Shown piece by piece: positions 12,091 to 28,329 of a stretch of DNA of 63,886 nucleotides. Positions within the stretch are counted from its first letter, which is position 1. The number at the start of each line of letters is the position of its first letter. Origin of the DNA: Gracilinanus agilis (Eukaryota); assembly GCF_016433145.1 (NCBI RefSeq), contig NC_058132.1, positions 20,342,945-20,406,830 on the forward strand, read 5' to 3'. Below the pieces are notes generated by a model that did not search any database, had not been told where the DNA came from, and saw only the letters and a list, made by a program, of their open reading frames with translations. The position numbers and the translations under genes were made by a program.

Positions 12091-13704
12091 CAAGAAGACC
12101 TGATCAATGTACAGCACACAGATCAATTAGTACCAGCCAGCCAGCCAAGCAGTAAGATCATAGCAAAACCACAGTCTGAAGATCAGATCATAGCTTTCCA
12201 ACAGTTTACTTGTGAGCCAAGAACAATGCAAGAGTCAGGGAGCAGCCAAATATTACACCAACATCCAAATAACTATCTCACAACTAATCACAATCACCTA
12301 GAAGAAACATTCATGGATTACCATAATAGCGAAAAAGACTCAGCTACAGAAGAAACAACATCTGAACTTCAATCAAGTCAAGACTTAGATAGTGACATCG
12401 ACGAATAATTGCAAAATTACAAATGACATCATAATGGACTTTGTTTCACTTTGATCATCTTTATTTAAATACAAGAAGAAAAGATTAGTCTAAATTTCAT
12501 GGACACACAACTTTTGTCATGACACAAGTCAACACAACTGAACAACGGTTCCAGTTCAAGTTGACAAGCATGTGTGGTAATATCATACATCACAACGGAA
12601 GCATTGTTGACTTCATAGATCATCGCAAAGACATCAATGCTGAGGACCACAAGGACAACCATAACCTGTCTACACAACCAGTGTAATGGACAACAGCACT
12701 GTGAAGAGGATCATCTGATCAGTGTTTGATCCATGGGTTTGAAGAGCACATCTTACATCCAACAGATTTCTCACTGCACCCAAACACTTTAGAATTCCAT
12801 CCACTCAGCACATGTAATTGGCAGAAAAATTCTGAAGGAGTAAGTATGTGACGCTTCATCACACTTAACAACATATAAATATATTTCTGACCTCACATGT
12901 ACATATGTAAATAATAGTTTACACATAGGAGAGAAGGGTTTGTCTGCCTTAGCTTGGAGTTTTTCTCTTACTTTGGTTCAGACACCTTCTACTCAAAACC
13001 ATCTGACATTACCCTTTTAAAGAATGTAAATATGTAAATGCTTGCTTACTAACTTTTAGTAATAGCTTCCTTAGTAATAATTTCTACTAACACTCAGAGA
13101 CAGAATAGTTAGTTTGGTAAGTTAGAACAGGATCAGAATTTTCTTTGTAAAATAGTGTACATAGTTTAAGTCTATAGTTTAACCAAAAGGCTTGTAACTA
13201 GTGTTAGGTTTACTTATCCCTACTAATATTTCCTAACATAGGCATCATTGTATTGACATAATAACATACTAACACTTAGAAAGATTGAATTAGGTTTTAG
13301 AAACTTGCTAGAAATTTTCTTAGTTGTTACTTTTGTTGTTAGTTCATGAGGTTAGAAAATTTCATAGTTAGAGTTTATTACTTAGATTGTTTTAGCTAAT
13401 ATTCTGCTTTAAGACTGTTCTGTTGATGTTTTGTGTTTAATCCTGTTTTCCTTTCTGTTCAAAATTTTTGTAAAACTTCAATCCCCATTTCTTTCCTTTA
13501 TCTTTCCCATAACCCATCTTAGCTTAGCTTAGGATAGAAATAGAGTAAAAATAGGAGCTAAGACCCCTTTTGTTATTTTGCAGTGCTTAGAAAGGAGTAG
13601 GGGAATAGTTTAGTTTAGTCTTAGAGTAAGTGTAGAATTCCTCAGGAACTTAGGGACCTGGAAATGTTGCAGGTTGCAAATTTCCAAAAGACAAATGGGA
13701 AAAT

Positions 13705-14566
13705 TGTAATGCAGGGTTTCTTGCATTGCAACATTATCCTAGGCAATCCTGTCAGTTATCAGAATGGAATCTTGCCCATGGCATGTGCTATGGGGCAGGT
13801 GCTAACTGGCAGTTGGGTTGTGACTATATAAGGCCCTGCAAACCCAACCTTGGGCTTCTTTTCCTTTGACCTCACCCAGACAACTTGTTATCCCTGACCT
13901 TTCCCCCCAGGGCCCCTGATAGGGAAGGGTGGAAGGGAGGTGGATCGTGGGTAGGATCTTAGATAGTGTAGCCTAGTGGTTAGGGCCATCTCTAGAGCAA
14001 CTCAACAACATCATCGGTGTACCTAGCTGATCAAATAACACCAAGCCAGAGTCTAGATATCTCTGGCTGGGGGCTGGTTGCCCTCAGCCTGTCTAGACCT
14101 TTGCCGGCACCTGCCAGTTGCCCCTAGCAACAGCTTAGCCAACCTAAGTCCTCTTACCTTAGTTTTCCCTTTCCAGTTCAAATAAATCCCTTAGCCTTAA
14201 TCTGTGAATTCCTGTGATTATTCTAACACCTTCAAGGCTAAGGAGAATAAGTGGAGGACAGAATTTTGAGGAGTAGGGGCTACTGTGGAAGTGAAAGCTA
14301 AGCCTCCATTGTTGGGAGGAAGTTGAACCATGGTTTCCTGTTGGGCTCTGCTCTCACCCAATAGGGAGTCAGTTACCTCAGCAGGGAGGGGCCACCAACC
14401 GAACACCTTAAAGGGGCCTGAAGCTAGCGGTAGAGATTCACTGGGCAGCTCAACTGAGGCTGTTCCCCTCTGATAATATCAACTCCAATCTCCAGCTAGT
14501 TTAATTACTGGCTCCTAGGCCCCTGGTGATCCCCTCATTACCATCTCCTCTTATCCCTTTATTACA
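13705..14566 (+). mobile_element. Complete 3-prime LTR (862 bp)
   Basis: Preceded by the purine tract aaaagacaaatgggaaaat; TATATAA 13825-13831; AATAAA 14181-14186; terminal inverted repeat tgtaatgcaggg / ccctttattaca. Confidence 0.9.
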
Positions 14567-15167
14567 ATTTCTGGTTTCTAGAATTGGTTGTCAATCCACT
14601 GAGCCACCCAGCTGCAGCTGTGATTAATATTTTTAAAAATTGCTTTTCCTGTTTTCATCTAGATAAGACTTTATTTCAGAAACTCAGGAAATAAACGAGG
14701 TTTTTTTTCCTTTACGTTTTTCTTTGTGATCACAGGAAACTTCCCCTCTACCACCCATCCTGACTTCACAGTATTTGGTAGCATCTTCATGGAATTTTCT
14801 TTGTAACCTATTACTTATGTATGTTCTGATGAGGCAGTTTTCTCACATTAACTTTTCTCTTTCTTCTCCATAAATCCTCATATCTCTCTGATAGAACACA
14901 CAACTTCTCTGATTTCCATGAGGAGAAGCAACCCATAGGAACACATTTTTAAATTTTATTCCAACTGTAAATATAAAGTCTTTCTCAACTCTCCATTGGA
15001 TTCAACATGACTCTAGTTCTAGGTATTGGCTCTGCCACTCATAAAGGGTAGGACCTTTGGACAAATCCATTCTGTGTTTCAGTTTCCTCCTGTATGTTGA
15101 TGAGCATTGGACCAGATGAATTCTGAAGTCTCTTTCAGCTTTATGTCTCTGACTTTTGATGGTTTAG

Positions 15168-15371
<204 letters not shown>

Positions 15372-16353
15372 TAGCATTTTTCAATTATTAGGAAGGCCAA
15401 GGTGCTGCTCTCTTGTGTCCAAGAGACAGGACTTCCCTGTGGTCTGGTTTTTCTGTAAAAGACCTTTGCTTTGTGTGATAGGGGAGTGGGGATTTCCTTT
15501 ACTGTTCTCATTTGTATCTCTTACTGTTTCAAGGATACTTGAGAGCAAAGATCAAACTAATATTGAAGAATCTCTTTCCTGAAACTAATCTCAGAGTTTC
15601 TATCTTGTCTAACTTCTCCCTAAACATGAATTTTGTCTGGTAAATTCCTAAAAACTGCTCATCCAGCTTTTCCTTGAAGATGGGGAGTGAAGGGAACCCT
15701 TTACCTTTCAAAGTAGCCCCTTCTTCCTTGGTCTGGGTCTGGTCTTTGGAATGTTCTTGTTAACAAGAATAAATTTGTAGTTTCCTTATTCTTCCTTTCT
15801 GCTTCTCCATATTCAGTGCAAATGGTGAAAAATGAATGGAATGAAATAAGCATTTATGTAGATATGCTAAGTGCCAGGCATTGTGGTATGAGTTTTCTTT
15901 ATAGATATTATCTAATTTTATCCTCATAACAAGCCTCAGAGATAGATGATATCCACATTTTACAGTTGAGGAAACTGAATCAAATGGAGGTTAAGTGACT
16001 TGCCTGGGATATTCAGCTTATAAATATCTGAGAATAGATTTGAACTCAGGACTTTCTAAATCCAGGCTCTAGTCTTTCTCCATTGCACAGCCAGCTGCCT
16101 CTTAATTTCTAGAGAATAGAATTTATGGACTCAGTCCCTCCTTCTGTGAAAGAAGTGGAGAAAGCAGAATTTTCTTATTCCAAATTATCTCTTTCCTATC
16201 CCCCTTCAAAACTCCCAATAGTAAACATAGAAACTATTCTTGAGGAGTCCTAGGAACCTTTATGTAACTCTTCTTGTATGCTCCCTTTCCCTAAAGAGAA
16301 CTAAAGTACAAGTGTCTTTCTAGCCTCATCCCTTCCTTATTCCCCATGCCTAG

Positions 16354-16449
16354 GACTTCCAGCTCCTAGAGAAGAATTGATCTCACATTTTGAGCAAGGG
16401 AAAGTTCCATGGATGCTGGAGCAAAAAGGCCCAAGAAAATCCTGTCCAG
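16354..16449 (+). CDS. KRAB-B exon
   Basis: 96 bp, tag|gac and cag|gtaagt; GLPAPREELISHFEQGKVPWMLEQKGPRKSCP. Confidence 0.93.
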
Positions 16450-16704
16450 GTAAGTGAGGTGAAAGTAGGTGTATGAGGGCTTTTATCATAAGAGCTAGCT
16501 ACATGGTGCAGTGAAGGGGATGTTAGATTTTGGGGCAGGAAGATCTAACCTCTGAGCCTCCATTTCTCGTTTGTGAAAAGAAGACATGGTCTTTCACTTC
16601 TCTTTCAATGGAATCTTATAAGATCCTTTTTTTTTTGAAACTTGAGGTCAAGGGACTTTCCTGAAAACATCCCAAATGACTTTAAATTGGCTAATTGAAG
16701 CACT

Positions 16705-17990
16705 TTTTTGACATTCAAATCAACAAACATTGATTAAGTGCCTACTGTGTGCCATACCTCATGCTAAGTGCTAGGGATTCTAAGAAAGGCAATAGATATC
16801 TCTTGCTGTCAAGGAGCTCACAGTCTATGCAGGAAGACAACATGAAGAGAGCCATATAAACCTTGGTATATACAGGATAAATTGGAGCTAATCAAAAGAG
16901 GGAAGGCCCTTAGCTTAAGGATGACTGGAAAAGGCTTGTTGTGGGAGGTGGGCTTTAGTTGGGGCTTCAGTGCAGTCAAGGAGAAACCATGGAGTCTAGA
17001 GATGTTTGTCCTATTCAGTGATAGAAAGGAGCATATGTAGAAGAGGAATAAAAATGAAAGAAGACTGGAAAGATAAGAGGTGAAAGGTGACGCAGAGCTC
17101 TAAGTGACCAACTGAGGATTTTATATTTCATCTTGGTGGTAGGGTGTCTTGGAGCTAATTGAGCAGGCAGAGATGGGGTCCCATGGATGCTTTAGGAAGA
17201 TGAGTTTGACAGATGAGTAGAGGCTTGACTGATCTAGAGAGAGAATCGAGGCAAAAAGAACCAACAACAGACTAGTCACACATTAGGCGGGAGGTAACTG
17301 GGACTGGAACCTAGAAGCTGGTGGGTCTTGGAGAGAAGCAGGTGCATGTGAGAGGTGTTACAAAGGAGAATCAATAGGACATTGTAAAAGATTGATTATA
17401 GAATGGGGGTGGTATGAGTGTATGAGAGATGATGAGGAGTAGGTGCCCCCTCTTATGAACCCACTCAATTGGGATGGAGATCTGGATAGAATCAGGAAAG
17501 CAGGAAGCATGGATGGTTAGGAGAAAGATAATGAGTTTAGTTTTGGACATGGTTGAAGAAGAACTGGAAGAGGAGGGTCATCAAAACCTGGAGAGAAGAG
17601 AGTATCAAGGAAAAGGGGGTGATGGACAGTGTCAGAAGCTGCAGACAGGTCAAGAAGGAGGACTGAGAAAAGGCTTTTTGATTTAGCAATTAGGAGATCA
17701 CCAGTAATGTTGGACAGAGGAGTTTGAGCTAGACTGCACAGCTTATTGTAATATAAGTATAAAGGAGTTGGAGACCTGAGTGTAGATGGTCATTTCACCA
17801 CAAAAAGGATTATAGATAGGGGTCAATATTTACTGGGAATTGATAGATCAAGTGAGGGTTGTTTGAAGCTTGGGGAGAAAGGGTTTCATTTGTAGTAGTA
17901 GGGAAAGAGCCAGTAGAAAGGGAGAGATTGAAAATTAATGAGACAATGGAGATAATAGAGATGGGGATATCTAGAAGGATAGATGGGGTG
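16705..17990 (-). mobile_element. L2 LINE fragment
   Basis: Starts with the reverse L2 tail caaacattgattaagtgcctactgtgtgcc and continues as purine-rich L2 body. Confidence 0.75.
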
Positions 17991-18059
17991 AAATGGCATA
18001 TTTGCCTTTTCAAAGAGGAGGCCCACTTTGTCATTTGAGGCTGGGGTAAAGAATAAGAA

Positions 18060-18400
18060 GCAGTGTCTGAACAATTTGTTCCAAAGGCCATGAAGGTGGC
18101 TGAAGCAGATGCTGTGGAGTGCTTAGAGCTTGATCGCACACTGAAGATGCCAAGGCCATCCACAGCATCCTGAGCCATCACGTGCCATCTTAACTTTTGT
18201 CCTGCCACTGGATTTGAATGGCTATGGAAGAGAGAGTGAGGCTGGCAACTGTGCATCTCTGCCTCACTTAAGTCCAGTTCATGGCCGAGTCAAGAAAATG
18301 CACTGCCGTATCATTGGTCCTCTTCAGAATGAAGGATGAACAACAGGTTTCGAAGCTGGTGGTTGCTGTTCTTCATCCTTGAAAAGGACCAAAATGGAAA
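18060..18400. mobile_element. RTE-clade derived fragment
   Basis: Inversely related to 34390-34860 (gaacaatttgttccaaaggccatg versus ccatggcatttggaacaaattgttc); tail tcttcagaatgaaggatgaacaaca; family call tentative. Confidence 0.5.
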
Positions 18401-19139
18401 ATCTTTATAATGAAAAACACTGATGATGCCTTTTGAATTGCACCTAAATTGAATTTAAATGAGGTAGAATTGTGTTGTTGGCCTCATTGAAATATTGGAG
18501 CTAATGGCCAGGTAAAAGAGTACTTGTTCATCTTTTTGAGAGGAAACATTTGCTGTAAATACTAGAAAATGCTCAGTAGTTTAGTTGTGCTCTGAAGCCA
18601 TTTGGGCCATTAGAATAGTTATAATCACATAGTTTTTATAATTGAAATTCAAATAAAACCAGATAAAACCAGCACAACTGCAAATTTAGTCTCTAGTTTT
18701 TCATCTCTGCAATCACAATGTAATCAGTGTAGGAAAAGAAAGATCTGTCTTTTCTGAAGGCTTTTGAAAGTTTCTTTCTTTTTTTACAGTCTTTTTCTTT
18801 GATGATAAGACAAAGGTAAAGGCTAGGTTGATATATCAGGACATGGAACAAAATAAGTTCTTGGAGACTCCTGCCAGACAGATTACACAAAGTGCCCAAT
18901 AAGATAGACACTTACCCCTGAACTTTTATGCTATAAATTTCTGTTTAGATCCTCCCAGAATTCCATTTATATTGCTCCTCTTTTTCTTTCTTTAGTCTTT
19001 AGTAAAATGCTCCTCTTTGCAATAAAAGCATACCCATTCCCGGAAGCATCCTGGCAAGGTTTAAAAAGGACCTGGAGCTATTTGAATAGTGGCCAAGATT
19101 GTACGAGTTTTATGTCTAGGTTTCCTCTTTAAAAAAATT

Positions 19140-19283
19140 TTTTTTATTAAAACCCTCACCTTCCATCTTGGAGTCAATACTGTGTATTGGCTTCAAGGCA
19201 GAAGAGTGGTAAGGGTGGGCAATGGGGGTCAAGTGACTTGCCCAGGGTCACACAGCTGGGAAGTGTCTGAGGCCAGATTTGAA
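19140..19283 (-). mobile_element. SINE1_Mdo-like SINE, truncated
   Basis: High identity to the full copies in the window. Confidence 0.85.
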
Positions 19284-19593
19284 TGTTTCCTCTTTTCTTG
19301 ATCTCTTCCTTCATATTGGAAAATTTGTGAGGGGTAACAAGAGTCTTAAGGATATCGTCTTTCCAGCCTGGGTGACATAACTCACTTTTGGAGAGAAAAT
19401 CACTAGTAGCCAGTCCTTCTTGTCTGAATGAATTTAGATCTATTACCATTGTGAAAGAGGAAGAGGGTAAAAAAGCAAAACAGGAGGCTATAATAAGGAC
19501 AGAATAGTAAGAAACAGGGCCCATCAGAGAGGGCAGGCCCCTACCAAATGTACACATAGTTCATTTATTTGGCGTAAGTTCATTTGTTTTCTG

Positions 19594-19789
19594 TTTTTTT
19601 TTTTTTACATTTTTAAACCCTTAACTTCTGTGTATTGGCTCCTAGGTAGAAGAGTGGTAAGGGTAGGCAATGGGGGTCAAGTGACTTGCCCAGGGTCACA
19701 CAGCTGGGAAGTGTCTGAGGTCAGATTTGAACCTAGGACCTCCCGTCTGTAGGCCTGACTCTCAATCCACTGAGCTACCCAGCTGCCCC
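19594..19789 (-). mobile_element. SINE1_Mdo-like SINE, full length
   Basis: Poly-T tail, complete body, TSD agttcatttgtttt / agttcgtttgtttt. Confidence 0.92.
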
Positions 19790-21873
19790 CCCCCCCCCCC
19801 ACTAGTTCGTTTGTTTTCAATGGCCATTTTAACTTCTCTAATGTGCAATAATCAAAAGTGTCAAATTTAGGTCAAAAGAGTCATCAGCTGAATCACTAGT
19901 AGTCTTAGACCAAAAGTCAGTTAAGTTGAACAGAACAATGAACTCTTTTGACATTCTTAGCTAAACTGGCATCTTGCCTTGACTCCATGATTCAAACAAT
20001 TTTCCCAAGAGTGCTCCTGTGAAATTACTACTACCTTCCCCCATTGTCAAGTATAAAGAGATATTAAGTGGGCAACCAGCAGTAGTGGTCACAAGTGGCT
20101 CTAGGATGGTAATTACTGGGAAATGGCCACAAGTGGTCCTACAGAGGGCAGTGACTAGTGGGATGTCCCTCCACCTACTGTCAAGTCCTGGAATACAAGG
20201 GTATCCCAGGGGCCTTCCTTTATGACTGAGCCAATATAAAATTGTGATTTTTAAATTGAACATATAAATTATATGTTTATTACAAATTATAAACAGATAA
20301 AATCATAAACATAAATAAACATAATAAAACATAATGAATTTAAGTAGCCAATTGCTTTATAAGCTAAAAATTATTTTACTTCATCTCACTAACATTTAAA
20401 ATAAAGGGGAACTTATAATTAAGGAGCAGTTTTACTTTGACCAGCTGCCACTATAAAGAAGATATTGCTAGCATTATAAAAGTAATGATTTTCTTTCTTT
20501 TTTTCTTTGAAATCTCTGCCAAAAATGTGCACACAATCAATTTTAAGACTCTTTTATCAGTTTTAATTCTACCGTCTGAGTGGCCAAGAAACTTTGGTGG
20601 TTGGTTTGTTGATAAGGATCTCCTATTCTGCAGCTTATATTGGTTCAGAGAAAATTTGCCTGAGGGGGAGTTCAGTCTTCAGAGCAGACCTCTGAGAATA
20701 TTTCTTTTGAGAGTCAGCCTTGGGGGATGGAGACTCTCACTCAGATCTCCTATGGGTTTCCCATGGTCATGAAAAATCTGCAATAAAGAGAAACCGAGAT
20801 ACAAAAGTCTTTGCATAATCAATTTATTATCAAGTTGCCAAATAAATATATGACAATGTTCTTTGGTAGCCAAAGATCCATCTGACAGAGTAGTTCCTTT
20901 ATAGCAACTGGTTACAAAACATACCAGTGATGTGAACTAAATTCAGACTGTCATGGTCCAACATGAAGAAGGAGGATAGATTTATATTTAGCTTGACTCA
21001 GAGAGGGGATTTCTAGAACCCACAGCAATGGGAAAACAGAGTGGGCTAACATCCTCTGGAAAGTCTCATGGTGGACAAATATCTTATGACCAGATTGACT
21101 TATCTTTCTTTTTCCCTTTCTCTCCTGTGGGCAAAAACTCACAGATTCTGAGTCCTTGTGGTCAAGCTATATATAGGAATGAGGAAATTAAACTGTAAAC
21201 TCCACCACTGAGGCCTGTACAATCAAATCTTTGTTTGATCCACAAATATTGATTCCAGTCATTCAGTAGAATTCTTAATCAATAATTAACACAAAATAAA
21301 GCAGAGTTTCAATTTTCAAATATCACACATCAATGGATCAGAAGGCAATATAAGAAAAATTACATACAACATTGAAAATTACTTTAAAAACAGAACTATT
21401 TTTTCAGCTAAACATATGAAATGTACAAAGACTGCAATAATGCATCAGAACTAGTCAATAAAGAGAAACAGGAAGAACCACAACTCAATAAAGGTATAAA
21501 CAGCAACTAGCATTTGAAGAAAGGATTCAAAGTACAATGGAAGTCTCAAAAAGAAGTGGGGAGAAGGGAGAGGCTGTGCTAGAGGACCCCTTGCATCCTG
21601 GGACTGCAGAATTCTTGACTCTAGGAGGTCTCTGGGGGTCAGGGTGCTTGGTAAGTAGGGGTACTGCCATGGAGTCCAGGAGCTAATGGTTATCCATGGT
21701 AGAGGACCTAGGGGAAGGTGGGAATGTCTCAGAGAACTTTATCTGTGATTAGATTTCCTGCCCTTCACTATGTTCTGCAGAATAGTTGGAACTCCTTCCA
21801 GACCTGCAGCATCTGCACCCCAGTTGGTCTGCACACTGCAACCTTAAGCTGATTGTCTGAGTGTGGAGAGTAC

Positions 21874-22578
21874 TGTAAGAATATAAATTATTGTTTTGAC
21901 TAAATATATGAGAATTCTAAGATAACTTTGTGGTCACCTATTTAAAATATTATAGCTCAAGTCAAAATGACTTTCAATAGCTTTTATTTACAAAGAGAAA
22001 TACAAAAAGAGGGTAGAAAAGATATTTAGCGTATCACACTACATATTGCTCTGGTGCTTGACTCAGTATGACTTGTTAACCCTCAACCAGAGTTAATCTC
22101 TCTCCAGAAGTCAGGAAAGGAAAGCCAGCTATTCACTCACCCAAGAGCCAGTCCAAGTCCCAAGTCACCTCTAAGAGGCAGGTCACCAGTGGAAGAATGA
22201 GATGGAGATGATGACAACTCTCAGCTGAAGAAGTTCAGGATTTTTATAGTCCTTCTTGTCACTTACCCTCTTCACAAGGGCCAATTACAGCTTCCAAATT
22301 GCCTAGCACTGTCCAGGAGTCAGTGTCTATGGGATCCACCTCCTGTCCTCTGAGGGTATGAACTCTTATCAAAAGGATTCACAAGTTCCTGACAGAATTA
22401 AAAGAGTGGAACTCTCTAAGTAAATGACTTGTGAATTCTCTTACGTCTCCAAGTAAGTGACTTATGAATTCTCTTACTTGATGGCTAACAAAGTGTTAAG
22501 TAGGGGTGTTTTCAGTTTTGGTTGATCAATTCAAAAGTTGCTCATGCTAGACAAAAAAAGTCTGATTCACACTTCACA
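21874..22578 (-). mobile_element. Solo LTR (705 bp)
   Basis: TG...CA ends with 4-bp TSD GTAC (21870-21873 and 22579-22582); minus-strand TATAAA near 22245 and AATAAA near 21985 in the correct order. Confidence 0.8.
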
Positions 22579-23021
22579 GTACTGGACACAACTGGAAGAA
22601 GATGGGCATTCATACCATCCTATGGGCACTTAGGAGTTGCATACCTTATTTGAACTTAAGGCCAGGATCAAAGAATCCTTTGCTTAAAGTCATCTTTAGA
22701 CCAGAAGTCAATGTAGTGAACTATATATTAACTTGTGGAAATCCCCCCAAACATGCTGATACAATCACTGAAGGACAATGATACATGAGCATATATAATC
22801 ATTAAGAAGGAAAATAATTGCCAGATATCTGGGTTGGAATTGATTACTTCAGTGATATTATATTACAATTTTAAAAGGTATAATTATTTACTTGTCCTTA
22901 TCAAGTCCTTACACTTGGCAGTGACAGCCTTCTATTCTAGTGTGAGATGCTGGTCCACTCTCTATAATTAGGAAACTTTAAGTGATGCCTTCCGACAGAA
23001 ACCATTTTTCAAACAGCTGAA

Positions 23022-23363
23022 TGCAAGCATTAGATTAAATAGGAATTGGTCCTTAGATTTCAATAAGATTTATTGAGATTATTTGGATAGGTAAAAGATA
23101 AGAGACAGTGATAGAAAAGGGGCCCCAATAAAACTTTTCCATGTGGTTCCTCCAGCAGACTCCTGGCATGGAAGTTTCTTGGCAGACCGCCAGAGAGAGA
23201 GCCTGAACTTCCTGCTTAACCCTTTTTACAACCTCCTGGCTCCCTTTATCTGTCCTAGCCTTCAGGTCAAGTTCAAGCTCATGCCAGGTACTCAGGTAGT
23301 CAACAGGAGATGATGTCACCTGAGTGACCCCAGAAAGGTGGGAGAGTAAATTTCCTTTGCACA
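23022..23363 (-). mobile_element. Probable 3-prime LTR of a second antisense LTR element
   Basis: Minus strand begins TGTGCAAAGG right after the purine tract agggagggat; AATAAA at 23069-23074 minus; left boundary uncertain. Confidence 0.45.
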
Positions 23364-24906
23364 ATCCCTCCCTATGATTCTTTGGGAGACTTGCATGTTA
23401 AATCTCCTCACATGGGTTTTCTAGGAGATTAACATGTTAGGTCTCCCCAGAATCATTCTATATATGGAGTCTATACACTTAAAGATTCTCTTACTAGAGG
23501 TATATAAAATATGACATCTTACACAGAAGGACATAATTTGGAGGATAAGAGGGAAAGAAGGAAGGAAAAAAATGATTGATAGACACATTGACAAAAAGCC
23601 AATTAGGAGATACTCCCCTTTGGCATAAGAGTTTGCAATCAGAATAAATGATAGGTTCAAACCCCTTCAGTTGAGTTCATTATATCTCATAGTTTGCTCT
23701 GGATCTTTTGATGTAGTGTGTGATTTCTGTAGTCATCCTTATGTCATCTTTTCCAGGAGATCCACTTTCTTGGTTTGGAGTATTGGTGATTTTCTTTTCC
23801 TAAAATGACTTTAAAATATTTTAAAGTTTGGATTTTAGGATAATTATATAATTCCCCCCCCAAAAGGGTGTTGACCAACAGTAGAATCACCCTGAGATAT
23901 GCTCAACTGAGCAAGGAAGTATATGAATCAATTTTCCAAAAACCCCTCCCAAAAAAACAAATAGAAGAGAGAAAATCATATATATATATATTCTATGAGT
24001 ATAAAATTATGAGTAAAAACAAAATCATAACAGGTTCTTGAATCGCCATCAAGGTCCAATTGAGGTAGTTTATATCCTATAAGCATGCAGGACAATTGCA
24101 ACAATATTGCACTTACCCATTTGGAGCCAGGACTACAGAAAATTGCCATAGTCTAAAAGAGAAAAGGGGACAAAGGACTGACGTAAAAGGGAAATACAAT
24201 TCCCTGGTTTGATTTTTTCCTTCAATCACAGGGAGAAGGGAACTATTATGAAAGCCAAACAAATTACTTGTAGAAACCCAACACAGAGAAATCCAATGTC
24301 TGAATCTGTCAAGCAGCCACTTCCTCAAACCCCAAGACAAGTCCTTTGTCTTGGCATAGATTCTTATCAATGCCACAGGGATTGACAAGATACTAATCAT
24401 GATTTCTAATAAGCACAATGAACTTAGGAATAGAATGTGACAAGAATTATAGCTTTAAAGATCAAATTAAATTTGTATTTCAAAAATATCTGGACTCAAT
24501 TTTTATAGTATATTTCTCATACTATTTGTTTGGCATTAGTTCATATATTAATACCTAAAGTAATAAGCACTTATTTAAATTGCTGCTTATACAATGTTCT
24601 GTACACATACAAATATAAATAAGTGAACATACAGGCATAAAATATTTTTTCTTAAAAAAAGTGCAATGGAGAAAAAACATCTAATACTATAGACAGAGCA
24701 TGCTCAGTCATAAAGTTTGAGTATTAGTCTCAGCTTCAGGGATGTTGGCAGGTCCCTCTGACATTATGAGTGAATAGCCTCAGTTGTGAATGCAAAGAGA
24801 ATTCTAGGCCTGCTTGCTTGTGAACATCCAATGTTATTGTATGTGAGATTCTTTGTAAATTAAGTCATTCCTAAGGTGTGGGATAATGGTATTGTCAAAT
24901 GATTGA

Positions 24907-27560
<2,654 letters not shown>

Positions 27561-28329
27561 TTTTTCTCTGAAAAACTATTGTTTTTCAGTACTCCTCAAT
27601 AATATTTCATATTATTAATTTACCACAACTTTATTAGTCACTTCCCAATCAATTAGTACTTAACTTCTTACCTGTTCATTGTTGATACAAAAAGTATGGT
27701 ATAAATATTTTGGTAACTGACATTTCTTTCTTTCTTTAGATGGGTAGATGGAACAGTATTTAGAGTACTGATCCTGGAGTCACAAGACCTGAGTTCAAAT
27801 TCCGTCTTACAAGCTGTATGACTTTGGACAAGTTATTTAACCTATTAGTGCCTCAGGTTTCCCTATTTGTAGAAGATATATACTAATAACACCTAATTTT
27901 AAAATTGATGTGAAGAACAAAGGAGCTTATATGTGTAAATCACATTGTAAGCATCAAATCACTATTTAAAAGCTAATTCTTACTATTATTCCTTGGGTCA
28001 GAAGTCTCAGAGTCAGCTAAAAGGTATGGGCAATTTAGTCACTTTTCTTATAATTCAAATTGATATTTAAAACAATGTGGAAGAAGGCAGTGCCTCATGC
28101 TCTCTAGCTATATAACTCTGAGCAAAGAAGAATCTTTCTATCCATAGTTTATTCATTTCTAAAATAAGGAGGGTGTCATCAGTGACTTCTATGGTACTTT
28201 CTAACTCAATCTGTATTCCCATGGAAAGTGTGTTTATATGTCTTTTCCCATAGCCTCTTCCAGTATTTTAGGAAGGATTCCTAACAGGACAAAACCTGAA
28301 AGTATCACACAAACAATTTAGTAGCTTTT

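Larger units (their letters stand above)
10201..14566 (+). mobile_element. Internally deleted class I (gamma-like) endogenous retrovirus
   Basis: TGTAAT...ATTACA termini, 4-bp TSD ATTT (10197-10200 and 14567-14570), 72-bp remnant of the 5-prime LTR matching the 3-prime LTR start with 4 transitions, gag and integrase remnants. Confidence 0.93.

Noticed and set aside
19961-21870. Possible retroviral coding remnants on the minus strand (ORF 19961-20263 and neighbours)
   Set aside because: No diagnostic gag, pol or env motif could be identified; left unannotated
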